Positions 12,940 to 26,149 of a stretch of 64,000 nt of DNA are shown here, in pieces. Position 1 is the stretch's first letter. The number at the start of each line of letters is the position of its first letter. The DNA is from Eledone cirrhosa. Its lineage: Eukaryota. The position numbers and the translations under genes were made by a program. Below the pieces are notes generated by a model. That model saw only the letters and a program-made list of their open reading frames with translations. It ran no database searches and had not been told where the DNA came from. The stretch is taken from the NCBI GenBank assembly GCA_964016885.1, contig OZ024740.1:243536001-243600000 (forward strand). The letters run 5' to 3'.

Positions 12940-13911
12940 TTAAGAGATGTGCATATGAGGTGAGTTGTGGGGACTGAGTTGGAGAGAGGTCAATGGCTAT
13001 GATGCAGGAAATTCTGGAGAGGGCAAGGTCCAAGGAACCAGTAAAAGAATCAGGTATGTGCCCAAATTGGAGAATGGGGCTGTATGGTGTGATACTAGCA
13101 GCTGAGCGATAGGAGTCATTCTGAAAATAGTGGGTGTTGAGATGGAGGACACAGCCTGTCAAGGTAGAATGACTGCTCAATTGGAAATTTATAAATGAAA
13201 ATTTGAATCCTTTTCAAAGGTGTTTCAGTGTATATTGTTACTGCTAACTCTACCATCATCATCATCATCATCATCAGTATCAGCATCAACATCATAACAT
13301 ATGGCAGAAGAGATGTAAATAAACAAAAGGTTCTTTGTAATGAACCTTATATTTTGATTATGATGTATCACAACAGTCAACTACCTTGGTTTCAGGAGAA
13401 TGCTTGATGCTACTGAACTTGCTAGAAACTTGCAACATTTGTATATAATGGAAGAAAGAAGCTCTCTATATATTGCACTTTCTGGATCTCCAAAAATACT
13501 ACAGAGACTACTGGAGGTTCAATACTGCTAGTAGCAGGAATTCTACTAATTCATAGAAACATATTTTCATTGTTCTTTCGTTAAAAGCAGAAATACTTTT
13601 TAAAAACATATCCTCTGTGTCCGACAGTCTGAAAGCAAGAGAATGACCCCTGGTCCTTCTTCTTCTTATGTGATGTCACTTACCCTTCTGCTTCCAGCAA
13701 AACCCTCTCACCCTATGACATCACTGACCTTTAAACATCTGGCAAGGCTTCTAGTCCCACAAAATATTTGGGCCCTTAGCCCAAATATTATGGGGTCTCA
13801 CTTCTTGAGAGCAAAAACAAAAATTATAATAAAACAAGTGTTTTAAATAGTTAAAAATAACAAACTTACAGGATCGAATCTAAAACAACAACTCCACCTC
13901 AGGCAGACAAT

Positions 13912-14329
13912 AATAATTGTTTCTACTTTTGGCACAAGGCCAGTAATAACCCCAGTGTATTACTGGTACTTTATTTTATCGACCCCGTAAGGATGAAAGG
14001 CAAAGTTAACCTCAGCGGGATTTGAACTCAGAATGGCAAGGGCCGTAACTCTATGCGTTAAAGCATGGCGTCCGACCCTCTACCGATACTGTCAATCCAC
14101 CACCCTAATGATTTCTAGTATAGGCACAAGGCCAGTAATTTTTTTGGGGGGGGGATAAAAGTCGATTAAATCGATTCCAGTACGTTACTGGTGCTTTATT
14201 TTATCGACTCCGTAAGGATGAAAGGCAAAGTTAACCTCGGCAGATTTGAACTCAGAACGTAAAGGGCCATAACTCTATGCTGCAAAGTATGGTGTCTGAC
14301 GCTCTATCAATACTGTCAAACCAACGCCC
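13912..14329 (-). mobile_element. Two tandem Meta-domain SINEs
   Basis: Same A/B box and core motifs as 10037-10440. Confidence 0.8.
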
Positions 14330-14331
14330 TT

Positions 14332-14362
<31 letters not shown>

Positions 14363-15918
14363 TAATAATGCTTTCTTTATTAACCACAAGGGTTTACATA
14401 AAGTAGACATTAAGGACAGTACAGGACGGTACAAATGGGCATTTCTGCGTGTAAAAAAAAAAAAAAACAGAGGATGTAACAAAAAATAACAATGAAAAAT
14501 TCCCCAATACGAGGGAGACTTCCGAGGGACATTCGTGGAGAAAGCCATTAAAAAGCCACAGTGACCCTGACCACCAGGGCAAGTGCCCTCTCCCAGTTTT
14601 CCACCTTTAATTTACAGACACATACTCAGAGTAGGCCCATTCACTCGGGCCATTCTTGCCTCTCTCACCCATCTTTCAACAAAATGCTGGGAAGAGAGCA
14701 CTTCCCTCTCTACCCTGATTTTCCTTTTCAAATGAAATTTGAAAAAGTTAATCAGGGCATCACCGAAGAGGTAAGTGCTCGTCTTCAGCCCTTTTGAAAG
14801 TGTCCACCATACTGTCTCTTTCGCCATGGCCACCAGACAGATAAAAACTGCCTGCCCTTCCCGGCTAAAGGAAGAGGGCAGGGCAATCCTCACGATTGAC
14901 TCAGCTAATAGCTGGATCAGTCCTACATGTGACAGCAGGTGTTCGACATAAACTCACAAGTCAGCAATGCTCGGACACTGGATGAGTGTGTGCAGGACGG
15001 TTTTGTTGCCCTGCGCGCATCTCGGACATGCCCAGCTGACGGCACCTCCATGCCTGTAGAATTTATCCAGAACTGGCAAAGCTCCTCGGTAGCACTGCCA
15101 GGCCAGGGATTTCTGGAAGTTGTCCATAGGCCCCGCCTCGAAAGTTCTTCTGAAGAGATTGGCTAGTTGATTTTCGTCGATGCCTAGAGTTTCCCCAAGT
15201 ACGTTGTTGCTCTTCCCCTCCACTAATCCTCTATAGAACGCGAAGGTGGAGTTTCCACCGATCACATTGCCCGATTGGTGGAGGGCTGGAGCGCCTGAAG
15301 ACATCCAGTCTCCAAGCGCTCCCTCTCGGTCTTTGCTTGACCCAGGACTGCAGCTCCGTCAAGGAGACGAGCTGGGGAAAGAGGCGTCTAGCAAACGGCG
15401 ACCACACCTGATCACCGTCGAGGAAGAGGTGGAGATGTCGTAGCCTGAGCGCATGTCTGCACATCATCAGCCACACGGCATGCCCAGCCCTCCACGTAAC
15501 GGGTGTTGACAGCAGATGGACTGTCTGACCATCGGAGCGCGTCCCTTCCACAAAATGCGAAAGAGCAGACACTCCAGCACGGTCAGGCGGTAGTAGATGA
15601 CGGACGCGATGTACGCGTTAGCCACCTCCACTCGACCTTTCAGGGATAGCTTCTTCTCCGCCCATTTCTGGGTGAGAGAAGCCACCCTGCTCGTCACCTC
15701 GTCCCAGTTTTTGTCCGTCTGGAGGTCCGGACCAAACCAGACCCCTAACAATTTAACCAGTCCGTCCGTCCAGCGCCCGACGATGCTGTTGGGCGGCATG
15801 GACCTGCCTCTCCAGGTGCCGAGCTGCAGGCCCACTGACTTTTCCTGGTTGATCATTGCTCCTGTCACCGCTTCGTATTCTCTTAGTGTAGTGCCGATCG
15901 CCTCGATGTGTTTGGCGA
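14332..15918 (-). mobile_element. Tx1/L1-clade LINE, 3' part of ORF2 with (ATT)n tail
   Basis: GAMINQEKS, VKLLGVWFG, LSLKGRVEVANAYIAS, GGLGMP, zinc finger CPRC...LHTLIQCP; aataaa plus ATT repeats at the 3' end. Confidence 0.85.
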
Positions 15919-16021
15919 ATGATAATGTTTTCTACTATAGGCACAAGGCCAGCAATGTGGGGAGAGGGGAAAACTGATTAAATTGACTCCAATGCATTAC
16001 TGGTGCTTTATTTTATCAACA

Positions 16022-16800
16022 ACAATAATAATGATTTCTTTATTATAGGCCACAAGATAGAGGATAATACAGGTCCAGGGGACAGTGGGGGTTTACATAT
16101 ATTTGAGTAAAAATTATAAACAGAAACAATTAACAAAGAATATCAACAACAGAATTCCCCAATAGAGGTGCATACTATCGAGGGGTGACATTAAGAACCC
16201 CACAAATCCCAACCCACCCTCATCTTCAAGAGCACTCTAGGAGGGTGCCCCTCTTTCCCTCCATCCTTCCAGCCTTCCAGATGCATGATCAGAGTGGGCC
16301 CATTCTCACAGGCCATCCTCGCAGCAAAAGTTGGTGGTGACGTTTCCACTGGTGTTGCTGGTGGTGATGGTGCCAATGCTTGTGTTTGTGAGGGTCCCCA
16401 CCCCGGCATTGGCAGCAGTGGAAATTTTTGACCCCTTGCATTTTTTAGCTGAAGGCAGAAGGGTTGCAAGTGAGTTGTTTTGTTGCATATGAAACAGTTT
16501 GGCCTTTTGCCCTGGTCATTAATTGCAGAGCCATCCCGTTTTGGAGACAGATGTGGTCCAGGATTTTTCTCAGGTCCTCAGGCCTGATCTGGAGAAATAT
16601 CTTCAGGTCAACCCCCGACCAGTCCTCCCTGGCTGTTCTGGTTGCCTCAATCAGGACAGTATCTGTCCCCTTCATGATCATGCATCCCAGAAGCACCCAC
16701 AAGTCTAGTCCTGGTGGAATCCTAGGAATGTGGACTCTTGCAGTTCTTTTTTCCATGTGGGAGGGGTACATAATGTAGGCAACTTGTCTAGGAAAGCTAC
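16022..16800 (-). mobile_element. Internally deleted Tx1/L1-type element (ORF1 zinc knuckle joined to the 3' end)
   Basis: GKRPNCFICNKTTHLQPFC (CCHC knuckle, about 16455-16510), then ARMACENGPTL, homologous to the ORF2 end ARMARVNGPTL at 14.6 kb; aataaagaaatc plus ATT tail. Confidence 0.65.
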
Positions 16801-19800
16801 CACTCCAAATAAATTGGTGCGGGGTAGAGAAGTCCCCTAAGTCCAGTAAAAGAACTTCCCTAGTGCTGGTGGCACGAATAAAAACACCCAGTCCATGCTG
16901 TAAAATAGAGGGGTGGATAGGGCCCTTGAGTCCAGTAAGACAACCTCTTTAGTGCTGGTGGCATGAATAAAAGCACCCAGTCCATGCTGTAAAGTGGTGC
17001 TGGTGTTAGGAAGAGCATCCAACCAGTATAATAAATGCCAAAATTATGAGCACAACAAATAAAAATTGCAACAACTGCATCAACAGCAGTAACACTAACC
17101 ATGTTAGGGCTGTGCACGGTAGTGGGGTGGCTGGTGTGGCCATGTGTGAGAACCCCACGACCGTCATCAAGCAATCGCACAACAGGAAAAAGAACGGGAC
17201 GTCGCATCTCAGAGTTGCCACACTAAATGTTGGCACTCTAACATGTAGATCTGGTGAGATAGCGGAGATGCTGAAGAGAAGGCATGTGGATGCGTGCTGT
17301 GTGCAAGAGGTGAGATGGAGAGGTGCCTCTGCAAGACTAATCACAGGCAAACATCGTAGTTATAAGATTTTCTGGGTGGGTAATGATGATGGGTTAGGTG
17401 GAGTGGGCATATTACTGGCTGAGAGATGGATCAATAAGACAATAGAGGTAGTTAGAGTTAGTAATAGAATAATTAAGCTTAGGTTAGTTGTAGGCAGGAG
17501 ACTACTGACAATCATCTCTGCCTATGCTCCCCAGACAGGACTAGGTAAAGAAGAGAAAGACGGCTTTTACGAGCAACTTTTACAGACAGCCTCAATGACA
17601 GAGGACAGAGACATCGTTATGCTAGCAGGAGACTTCAATGGAGATGCTGGACACTCCAGGATGGATACACTGGGGTACATGGTTGGCACGGTTACGGCTC
17701 AAGAAATGAAGAAGGAGTGAGGCTTCTTGAATTTTGTGATGCAAATGCACTAGCCATTTACAACACTAACTTCCAGAAGCCTACCAACCACCTAATAACC
17801 TACAAATCAGGCAAGCATATAAGCCAGATTGACTTCCTGCTAGTTAGACAGCGAGACAGATGGGTGGTGTCAAATACTAAGTCATACCCTGGGGAAGAAT
17901 GTACCCACAGCATAGTTAAGTCGTTAGTGACATCTCAGTAAGCAAGAGAAAGAATGAGACATACAGGAAGGTGTGGAAAAGAAAGGTCTGGAAGCTAAAA
18001 GACCTTTCATTAAAATATAAATTTAGCAAAGCCCTTCAAGATGTATACGACGAAAAAGAAGACGATTTAGAGTTGAATGACGACATAGATGATAACTGGA
18101 ATTTCTTGCGTGACAACTTGTGGTTGGGACAGAGCTTCAACCAGATAGAGAGTGACCTGGTGGTGGAACAGCACGGTAGATAGGGCCATTAGAGATAAAA
18201 CACTGGCATGGAAAGCTTGGAAAAATGGTGGGAGTAGAGACGGATACACAGCCGCTAAGAGAGAAGCTAGGCGTCAGGTGTACTTAGCACGCAGGGAAGC
18301 TGAGAGTAGGAGGTTTGCCAATGTTCTGCGATGGGAAGATCAGAGACGTGCGGTGTTCCGTATTACAAGGCAGTGTGTCAGTGCAAATCAGGATGCTGTT
18401 GGAGATAAGTGTGTCCGGAATGATGCTGGTGTACTTAGTGTCACGAATAATCAAAAGAAGGAGGTCTGGAAATGTCATTATGAGAGACTGATGAATGTAG
18501 AGAACGAATGGGACAGAGAGGAATTACCTCCAGTAGACTTGACAGAGGGACCAGCTATTGAGATTGACAAATATAGGGTACAAGAGGCAATTAAGAAAAA
18601 TGGTAAGGCTGCTGGACCATCAGTGATAGTTGCTGAGATGCTAAAGGCATCAGGAGAAGTAGGCACTAAACTAGTTGCACGCATCATTAATCAAGCTATA
18701 TATATGGTGGTGTCATACCCAAAGACTGGTGCAGCAGTATTCTCATAAATTGCTACAAGGGTAAAGGGGATGCTCTAGAGAGGAGCAATTATAGGGGCAT
18801 AAAGCTGATGGATCAGGTTATGAAAGTGGCAGAAAGAATATTAGTGGAACTGATTAGAGAAAGGGTCAATTTAGATGAGATGCAGTTTAGTTTTGTGCCT
18901 CGGAAAAGTACAACAGATGCCCTCTTCTTAGTGAGGCAACTACAAGAGAGGTTCTTAGAGAAGAATAAGCCACTATACTTAGCTTTTGTTGACCTAGAGA
19001 AGGCCTTTGATAGGGTACCCCAATCTGTCATCTGGTGGTCCCTAAGGAAACTAGGTGTAGAGGAATGGCTTGTGAGGACAGTGCAAGCTATGTACAGGGG
19101 TTCTGTCAGTTAAGTGAGAATAGGAATGGAGTTTAGTGAGGAATTCCAGATACAAGTAGGTGTACATCAAGGTTCTGTCCTCAGCCCACTCTTGTTCATT
19201 ATAGTCCTCCAAGCCATAACAGGAGTTTAAGACTGGATGCCCATGGGAACTTCTCTATGCTGATGATCTGGTTCTTATAGCAGAATCAGTAGAGGAGCTA
19301 GAGAATAAATTCTGGCTATGGAAACAGCAGTTGGAATCAAGAGGCCTGAGAGTGAACATAGCTAAAACAAAAGTGTTGATAAGTAAAAGAGAGGACAATA
19401 CTCTGATTACATCAGGGAAATGGCCATGTTCGATATGTAGGAAAGGAACTGGCATAAATTCCATAAAACGTACGCAGTGCAGATCTTGGGTACACAAGAG
19501 ATGTAGTGGGATAGCAGGCAAACTAACAGTGATAGACACATTTTTCCAATGCAGGTGGGTTCTATAGAAGTGATTGATAGCTTCCAGTACCTAGGTGATC
19601 AGATTAGCATGGGAGGGGAGTATTCCGAGGCCATAGTATCTACAATAAGGACGGGTTGGAACAAGTTTAGGGAGCTGCTTCCTCTGTTGACAAAGAAGGG
19701 TTTCTCCCTGCGTACGAAAGGACGGTTATATGATGCCTGTGTGAGATGCGCGATGCTGCATGGTAGTGAGACATGGGCAGGAACTGCAGAAGATATGCGA

Positions 19801-20161
19801 CGGCTGGAGAGAAATGAAGCAAGTATGCTCCGTTGGATGTGCAATGTCAATGTGCGTGAATGACCAAGCATAGACGAGTTGAGAAAGAAACTGGGTATAA
19901 GAGGGATAAGTTGTGGTGTGCAGGAGAGAAGGTATGGACATGTGATGCGCATGGAGGATGACCGCTGGGTGAAGAATTGCCAGGAAGTCCCAGTGGAGGG
20001 AAGATGCAGTAGACCACAAAAAACATGGGCGGAGGTGGTGAGAGCAAACCTCAGATCACTGAAACTCACGGAGGAGATGACGAAGGACCGTGACAAGTGG
20101 AGAGATGCTGTGCTGAATAGGGCCCGTCCAACTCTTGCATGCAGGGAAAAGTGGACGTAAA

Positions 20162-20197
<36 letters not shown>
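16800..20197 (+). mobile_element. Full-length but frameshifted RTE LINE (subfamily B)
   Basis: EN (LRVATLNVGTL, CVQEVRW, AGDFNG), RT (FVDLEKAFD, YADD), PHD-like segment, short 3' UTR and (GAT)n tail. Confidence 0.93.
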
Positions 20198-20199
<2 letters not shown>

Positions 20200-20769
20200 T
20201 AGAAGCAGAAATAAATGAAAGAGAATAACACATTACAATAACAGTATGTTATTGTAAATCTTAAAAGAAGTAATAACAAAATCAACATTTCAGCCCTAGT
20301 CTTCACTCAGAAAGGAAAAGGCAGAAAAAAAGAATGTATTAGGAGGAGAGGGAAAAGAGATTGGAGGACAAACAAAACAAAAAGGAAAGCGAAAAAAAAA
20401 AGCAGGGAGAAACACATGGGATCAAATGTCAGCTGATGATGATGGATCTTCCATCAGTTTTGACATACAACATTTAGTTGTTCAATCAAGTGAATGTCCA
20501 ACTCATTAAACTGACATGTAAGTGGTTCACTATTCCACAAACACATCTAAACTTAACTGTAATTCCTAAGCAAAACCAATATGACACAATATGTGACAAA
20601 GCTGGACATTTGAATTACAGTATCCTAGCAGGGAAAGTGGATGTTAAAATGACGATGAGGATAATGAAGGCTTGGGTTGACCTGAGGCAGTAGTAAAGAC
20701 ATGCCCATGATGACATACAGAGGGATCAAACCTGGGACCTGCAATAAATCTTCAGGCATGACTTCATCT

Positions 20770-21000
20770 ATCTACATACAAACATACATACAAACATACA
20801 TACATACATGGAAGCATGCATGCATACATACATTCATTTATACATGCAGGCATGCATTCATACATACATACATACATGCATACATGCATGCATGCATACA
20901 TACATTCATACATACATGCAGGCTTGCATATATGCATACATGCATGCATACATACATTCATACATACATGCATGCATGCATGCAAAGATACATACATATA
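20770..21000. repeat. (CATA/CATG)n microsatellite
   Basis: Direct reading. Confidence 0.9.
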
Positions 21001-21066
21001 AGAACTATGAATGGTTCTCAAAATCTATGGTGAATTGTGTGTATGTGTGGCTTCAGGTTTTCATAT

Positions 21067-22008
21067 ATCATCATCATCATCATCATCATCGTTTAACGTC
21101 CCTGTTCCACGCTTGCATGGGTTTGGACGGGGTTTTCCCACTTGAGGCAAGAGTGATTGTCTTGCTCGCATAGGACTGTCTGGCGGGTTTTCTACAGCTG
21201 GATGCCCTTCCTAACACCAACCACATTTACAGTGTGGGGCTGGGAGGTTTTTACCGTGTTGCCTACACGGCCACATTACAGCGTGGACTGTCTGGCGGGT
21301 TTTCTACAGCTGGATGCCCTTCCTAACACCAACCACATTTACAGTGTGGGGCTGGCAGGTTTTTACCGTGTTGCCTACACGGCCACATTACAGCGCGGAC
21401 TGTGTGTTTTTTTGTCGTGACACCTACACGATCTCATTTGTTTCAGCCTGGATGTTGTGGCACCAACATAACTTTACATTGAAAGGGGTGGTGTGGATGG
21501 GGTGGGGTGGTGGGACGGGGGTGTATTTTGTTAGAGATGCCTACTGACTGTAGTAGGTTTTACTTTGTATTTAGGTAAGGCGGGTCTTCTCTATTACTGA
21601 GTAGTGCCAAAGGTCTCGGTCCAGTGACATTGTCTTGGAGAGGTGTAAGTGTGTGAGGTCGGAATTTATCAGCTCGTCCCAGGTTTTTCTGGGTCTGCCT
21701 ACTCCGTAGCTACCGTCTATCTTTATTGCCCTGCACTTTGTTATACAGCTGTCGTCTTTCATGCGCATCACGTGACCATACCAACGTAGCCTTCTCTCGA
21801 GTAAACAACATCTGATCCCTCTTATTTCTAATTTTTTCCTTAGTTCGCTTATGCTTTGCCGTTCACGTATGTTACTATTACACATCCAGCGGAGCATGCA
21901 GGCTTCGTTCCTCTCTAGTCTGCGTATATCCTCTGCACACAATGCCCAGGTCTCACTGCCATGCAACATTGCTGTTCGTATGCAGGCATCATACAACCTG
22001 CCTTTCAT
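21067..22008 (-). mobile_element. 5'-truncated RTE-A with an about 113 bp tandem duplication in its 3' UTR
   Basis: ORF 21571..22008 matches the RTE C-terminus; 21173-21285 is repeated at 21286-21398. Confidence 0.92.
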
Positions 22009-22217
22009 ATATTTAATATAATAATTTCTAATATATAATAATTTCTAATATAGGCACAAGGCCAGGCAATTTGATACTCTATTCTATTGACATTGCAAGG
22101 ATGAAATGCAAAGCTGCTCTTAGCAATATTTGAACATAGGATCATGAATCCTAAAACATAATATTCCTTAAAATAGACACAAAGGTACAAGTTTCAGGGC
22201 TGGTTGTAGTTGATTTA

Positions 22218-22401
22218 TTGTATGTACTCAAATATAAGCCAACCTCCCCCAACCATTATTTTGTCTGAGAAATGGGCAAAAATCCAAAGCCAAGGCAACT
22301 AATCAAAACATTATGTTTAGATAGCGAATATAAGATGACGCCCCATTTTCCCATCAATTTTTTGGACACCTATTCCTCGGCTTATATTCAAATATATACG
22401 G
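22218..22401. mobile_element. Tc1/mariner-pogo type MITE remnant
   Basis: tgtatgtactcaaatataagcc ... ggcttatattcaaatatatacgg|TA inverted ends. Confidence 0.55.
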
Positions 22402-23242
22402 TAATGGCTGTAAGTATTTGACTGGTGCTTATTCTAAGATCGTAAATCGGCGGAGTTATTGGAACATTGGTCAGAATATTTTGTCCCATTTGTTCTTGCT
22501 TTCTGCATTCTGAGTTCAAATCTCACCAATGTCAATTTTGTCTTTCATTCTTTTAAGACTTGGTAAATAAATTACCTATCTATTCCAGTGGATTGCCAGG
22601 ACTGTTATATATTGAATAGGATACCTTGTGGTATCTGTTCAGGCACTTTGCATTCTAAAATTAAATTCTATCTAGAGTTAATCCCCTGACCATGGAACCG
22701 CACTTGATTATGCAAGCTGCAATGAATATCAGAGGATTGTAGCCATTTGCTACTACAGTTGAATGGCAAATTCAACCTTGGGGAGACTTGAACTCAGAAT
22801 ATAAAGAGACATAACTAGACACTGCAAGGTATTTGCTACTGCTGTTTAGAACATCAGATCAACCATGATATTATACTGTAGACCTATGATTAGAGACTTA
22901 TGATTATAGACATATGATCAAAGGTCTTCCACCTATGACAATCCTATTTTTTTTCAAACACACTGTATCTAGAACTATTCATAATTGTCGCCCCACAGCC
23001 AGTCCACCTGGACCGCAGGGTGGCCAGCGCATGGGCCCCCCATTTGCTCACAATAGTGAGAGACAGGTTGAGCAGGAGAGATGGAGGCAGTGACTGGGTG
23101 TTTGGTTCTTTTGTGTTTGAACCTGATGTATATATGTGTATATAAGAGAGAATGAGTCTTTCCCACTATCAGCACAGGCATATATAAACACTCACTAGTA
23201 TTTCTAAGTGTCACCTCTAAGTCCCACAATAGTACTTGGCTG

Positions 23243-24410
23243 ATCATTATCATCATCATCATCATCAGCGTTTTACGTCCGTTCTTCCACGCTAGCATGG
23301 GTTAGACGGGTTGTCCTGTTGTGAGCAGTGTCTGGTCGGCTGACCATGCCTTGCTCATACAGGAACTGATTCTGGCTTGATTTCTACAGCTGGATGCCCT
23401 TCCTAACACCAACCTCATTTACAGTGAGTGCTGGGTGCTTTTTCGTAGCGCCTACACGTCCACTTTACAGTGTGGGCTGGGTGCTTTTCTGCCGTGGCAC
23501 CTCCACGACCACCTTGCGGTGGGGGGTATGGGGCATATTGTCTATATGCTTCAGCTTGTACCCATGGGAGGTCGGGTACTCTGTATTACTGCATGACGCC
23601 AGAAGTCACGGTCGTGTGTCATTGCCTTTGAGAGGTGTAATTGGGTAAGGTCGGCTTTTATCACCTCATCCCAGGTCATCTTGGGTCTCCCCCACTCCGC
23701 GGTTTCCATCAACTTCTAGTGCTCTGCACCTTTTTATGCAGCTGTCATCCTTCATACGCATCACATGTCCATACCAGCGTAACCGCCTCTCCTGCACACA
23801 GCATTTGATTCCTCTTATGCTCAGTCTCTCTCTCAATTCATTTATGCTTTGTCGTTCACATATATTACTGTTACACATCCATCGGAGCATGCAGGCTTCG
23901 TTTCTCTCTAATCTACGTAAGTCTTCCACCTTCAGCGCCCAGGTCTCACTACCATGCAACATTGCTGTTCAGATACACGCATCATACAGTCTGCCTTTCA
24001 TTCTGAGGGAGAAGCCTTTTCCAGCTAGCAGTGGTAGTAGTTCCCTAAACTTCTTCCATCCCGTTCTTACCCTAGTTATTGTACTTTCTGAACACCCACC
24101 TCCGCTGCTAATTCGGTCACCTAGGTAGCAGAAGCTGTCTACTGTTTCTACAGAGCCCTCCCAGAGATTGGTGGTACTTGTTTCCTGTGGCTGTTTGCTG
24201 CTTGCTGTCTCAGCACAGCTGCTGCATGTGAAGCCTACATTCTTAGTTAAGCTTCCTGTGATCCCGCTACATCTCTTGTGTACCCATTGTTTGCATATGG
24301 GGCAGAGAATGGAGTCCCTACCTACACCTTTCCTACATACTGAGCAAGGCCATTTCCCTGAGGGGATCTGGGTTCTGTTTTCTCGTCTACTTACAAGGAC
24401 CTTAGTCTTT
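23243..24410 (-). mobile_element. 5'-truncated RTE subfamily C
   Basis: MLHGSETWALKVEDL...RRLRWYGHVMR; (CAT)n tail. Confidence 0.92.
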
Positions 24411-25194
24411 TGTATATCTATGTATAATCCTAGATGTCAGCAATGATTCAGCAAGCCTATGATCAAAGGTGTACTGTCTATTATGAAGTGTCAAAAGTTT
24501 TGTCGCACTTTGCACAATAACATCGTAATAGATATTTTAGAAATTTTAGTCATGTAAAACACACACGCATACATAGATTTATAATTGTCTCTTGCCTATA
24601 AACAAAAATCAGGCTGTTCTTCTAAGTGTGTGAATTAACTTTCAGAGATTAATTCTTAAATTCTTGAAATCATCTCCACTTTTCTTTGAGAGTCACTAAC
24701 AACAGCCACCATGATTTTGTTTTCTTTCCCCACCTAAAAGGCAAATTTAAATTAAGAAACAATTTTTCAGTACAAGACCCTTTGATTTAATTATCTAAAT
24801 TCATGTTATCGGCTGATTTGAGTTATTACCCATAATTATTTTTTTTAATTATCTAATGTGTCCTTATAGCAGTAAGTTGTGATTTCAGGGAATTATAGTT
24901 GCTATTTCTAGCAAGTTAAATAACCAAAAAGAAAGACTACATCTTTGATGTTACTGTAGGACTACATGATCTAATGTGTTTTGTATTCTACATGGTATGA
25001 TGTGATTTGAGAGAGCCTGGGCTCCTATTTCTAACAGGTCAAGTGAGCATATATTATTACTCTCTCTCTCTCTCCTGTCCCTACTTTCCTACTTTAGCTG
25101 ACATAATACATATATCTATAGAGTTTGTAGAGTAATAATGGTTTCTGATTTAGGCACAAGGCCAACAATTTTGAGGGGAGGTCGTGTGTATACA

Positions 25195-25225
<31 letters not shown>

Positions 25226-25589
25226 CGAAGGAAATGTGATAAGGAACCAGGTGGACCATAACGCACATAACAGTCCAGAATTAGCCGTCGAAACGGCTTG
25301 AGCTCAGCTGTCGGGGTCTTACTGGTTCCTATATATATATATATATATATACAGGTGGGTACAAATACAAGAAAAGAGCTGTGACCACATTCACACACAC
25401 ACACATACACTTTATATGCGGCGATGTAACAATTTGCATGGTTGCCTTCCAAGTAACCGATCCAGGTTCATCTCCCAGCCAATGCAGGTCTTCTTTTTGC
25501 CATCTGGTGCTATTAAGTTAGACATGGGCCAACACTTGCTGAAACCTATCAAAGTTATATGTATATATCTAAAGTCTAAAGTCTGTCTT

Positions 25590-26067
25590 AAGCCAGAAGG
25601 TTCATTTGGCCAGTGCTTATCCCTGTTTCATGGTGTGAAGTGACTGAGTGTACAAGACTTCCTCCTGGACAGGATGCCAGTCCATTGCAGGATTAAACCC
25701 CTAGCTGTTGCTGGTACTCATTTTCAGCTGAGTATACTGGAGCAACGTGAAATGAAGTGTTTTGCTCAAGAACACAACATGCAACCTAGGAATCGAATCC
25801 ATGACACTGATCGTAAGTCCAACACCCTTACCACTAGGACACAGGCCTCCACTATATGTATATATATACACACTTTATATACATGCATATATATATAAGT
25901 GTATGTATGTAATTGTGATGTGTATATATATATATATATATATACATATAGTGGAGGTATGTGTCCTAGTGGTAAGAGTGTTGGACTTACGATCAGTGTC
26001 GTGGGTTCGATTCCTAGGTTACATGTTGTGTTCTTGAGCAAAACACTTCATTTCACGTTGCTCCAGT
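25590..26067. mobile_element. Head-to-head pair of tRNA/CORE-type SINEs
   Basis: A box (cctagtggtaag), B box (ggttcgattcc) and ttgagcaaaacactt core in both orientations. Confidence 0.8.
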
Positions 26068-26149
26068 GGATGCATGTTTGTGTGAGGTGTATGTGTGTGT
26101 ATGTTGTGTGTCAAGTATGTAAGAAATCAGAAATAAAATCATAACAGTA

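Noticed and set aside
25950-26020. tRNA gene-like sequence (also 53493-53555, 41815-41885)
   Set aside because: A/B boxes continue into a SINE core; no complete cloverleaf
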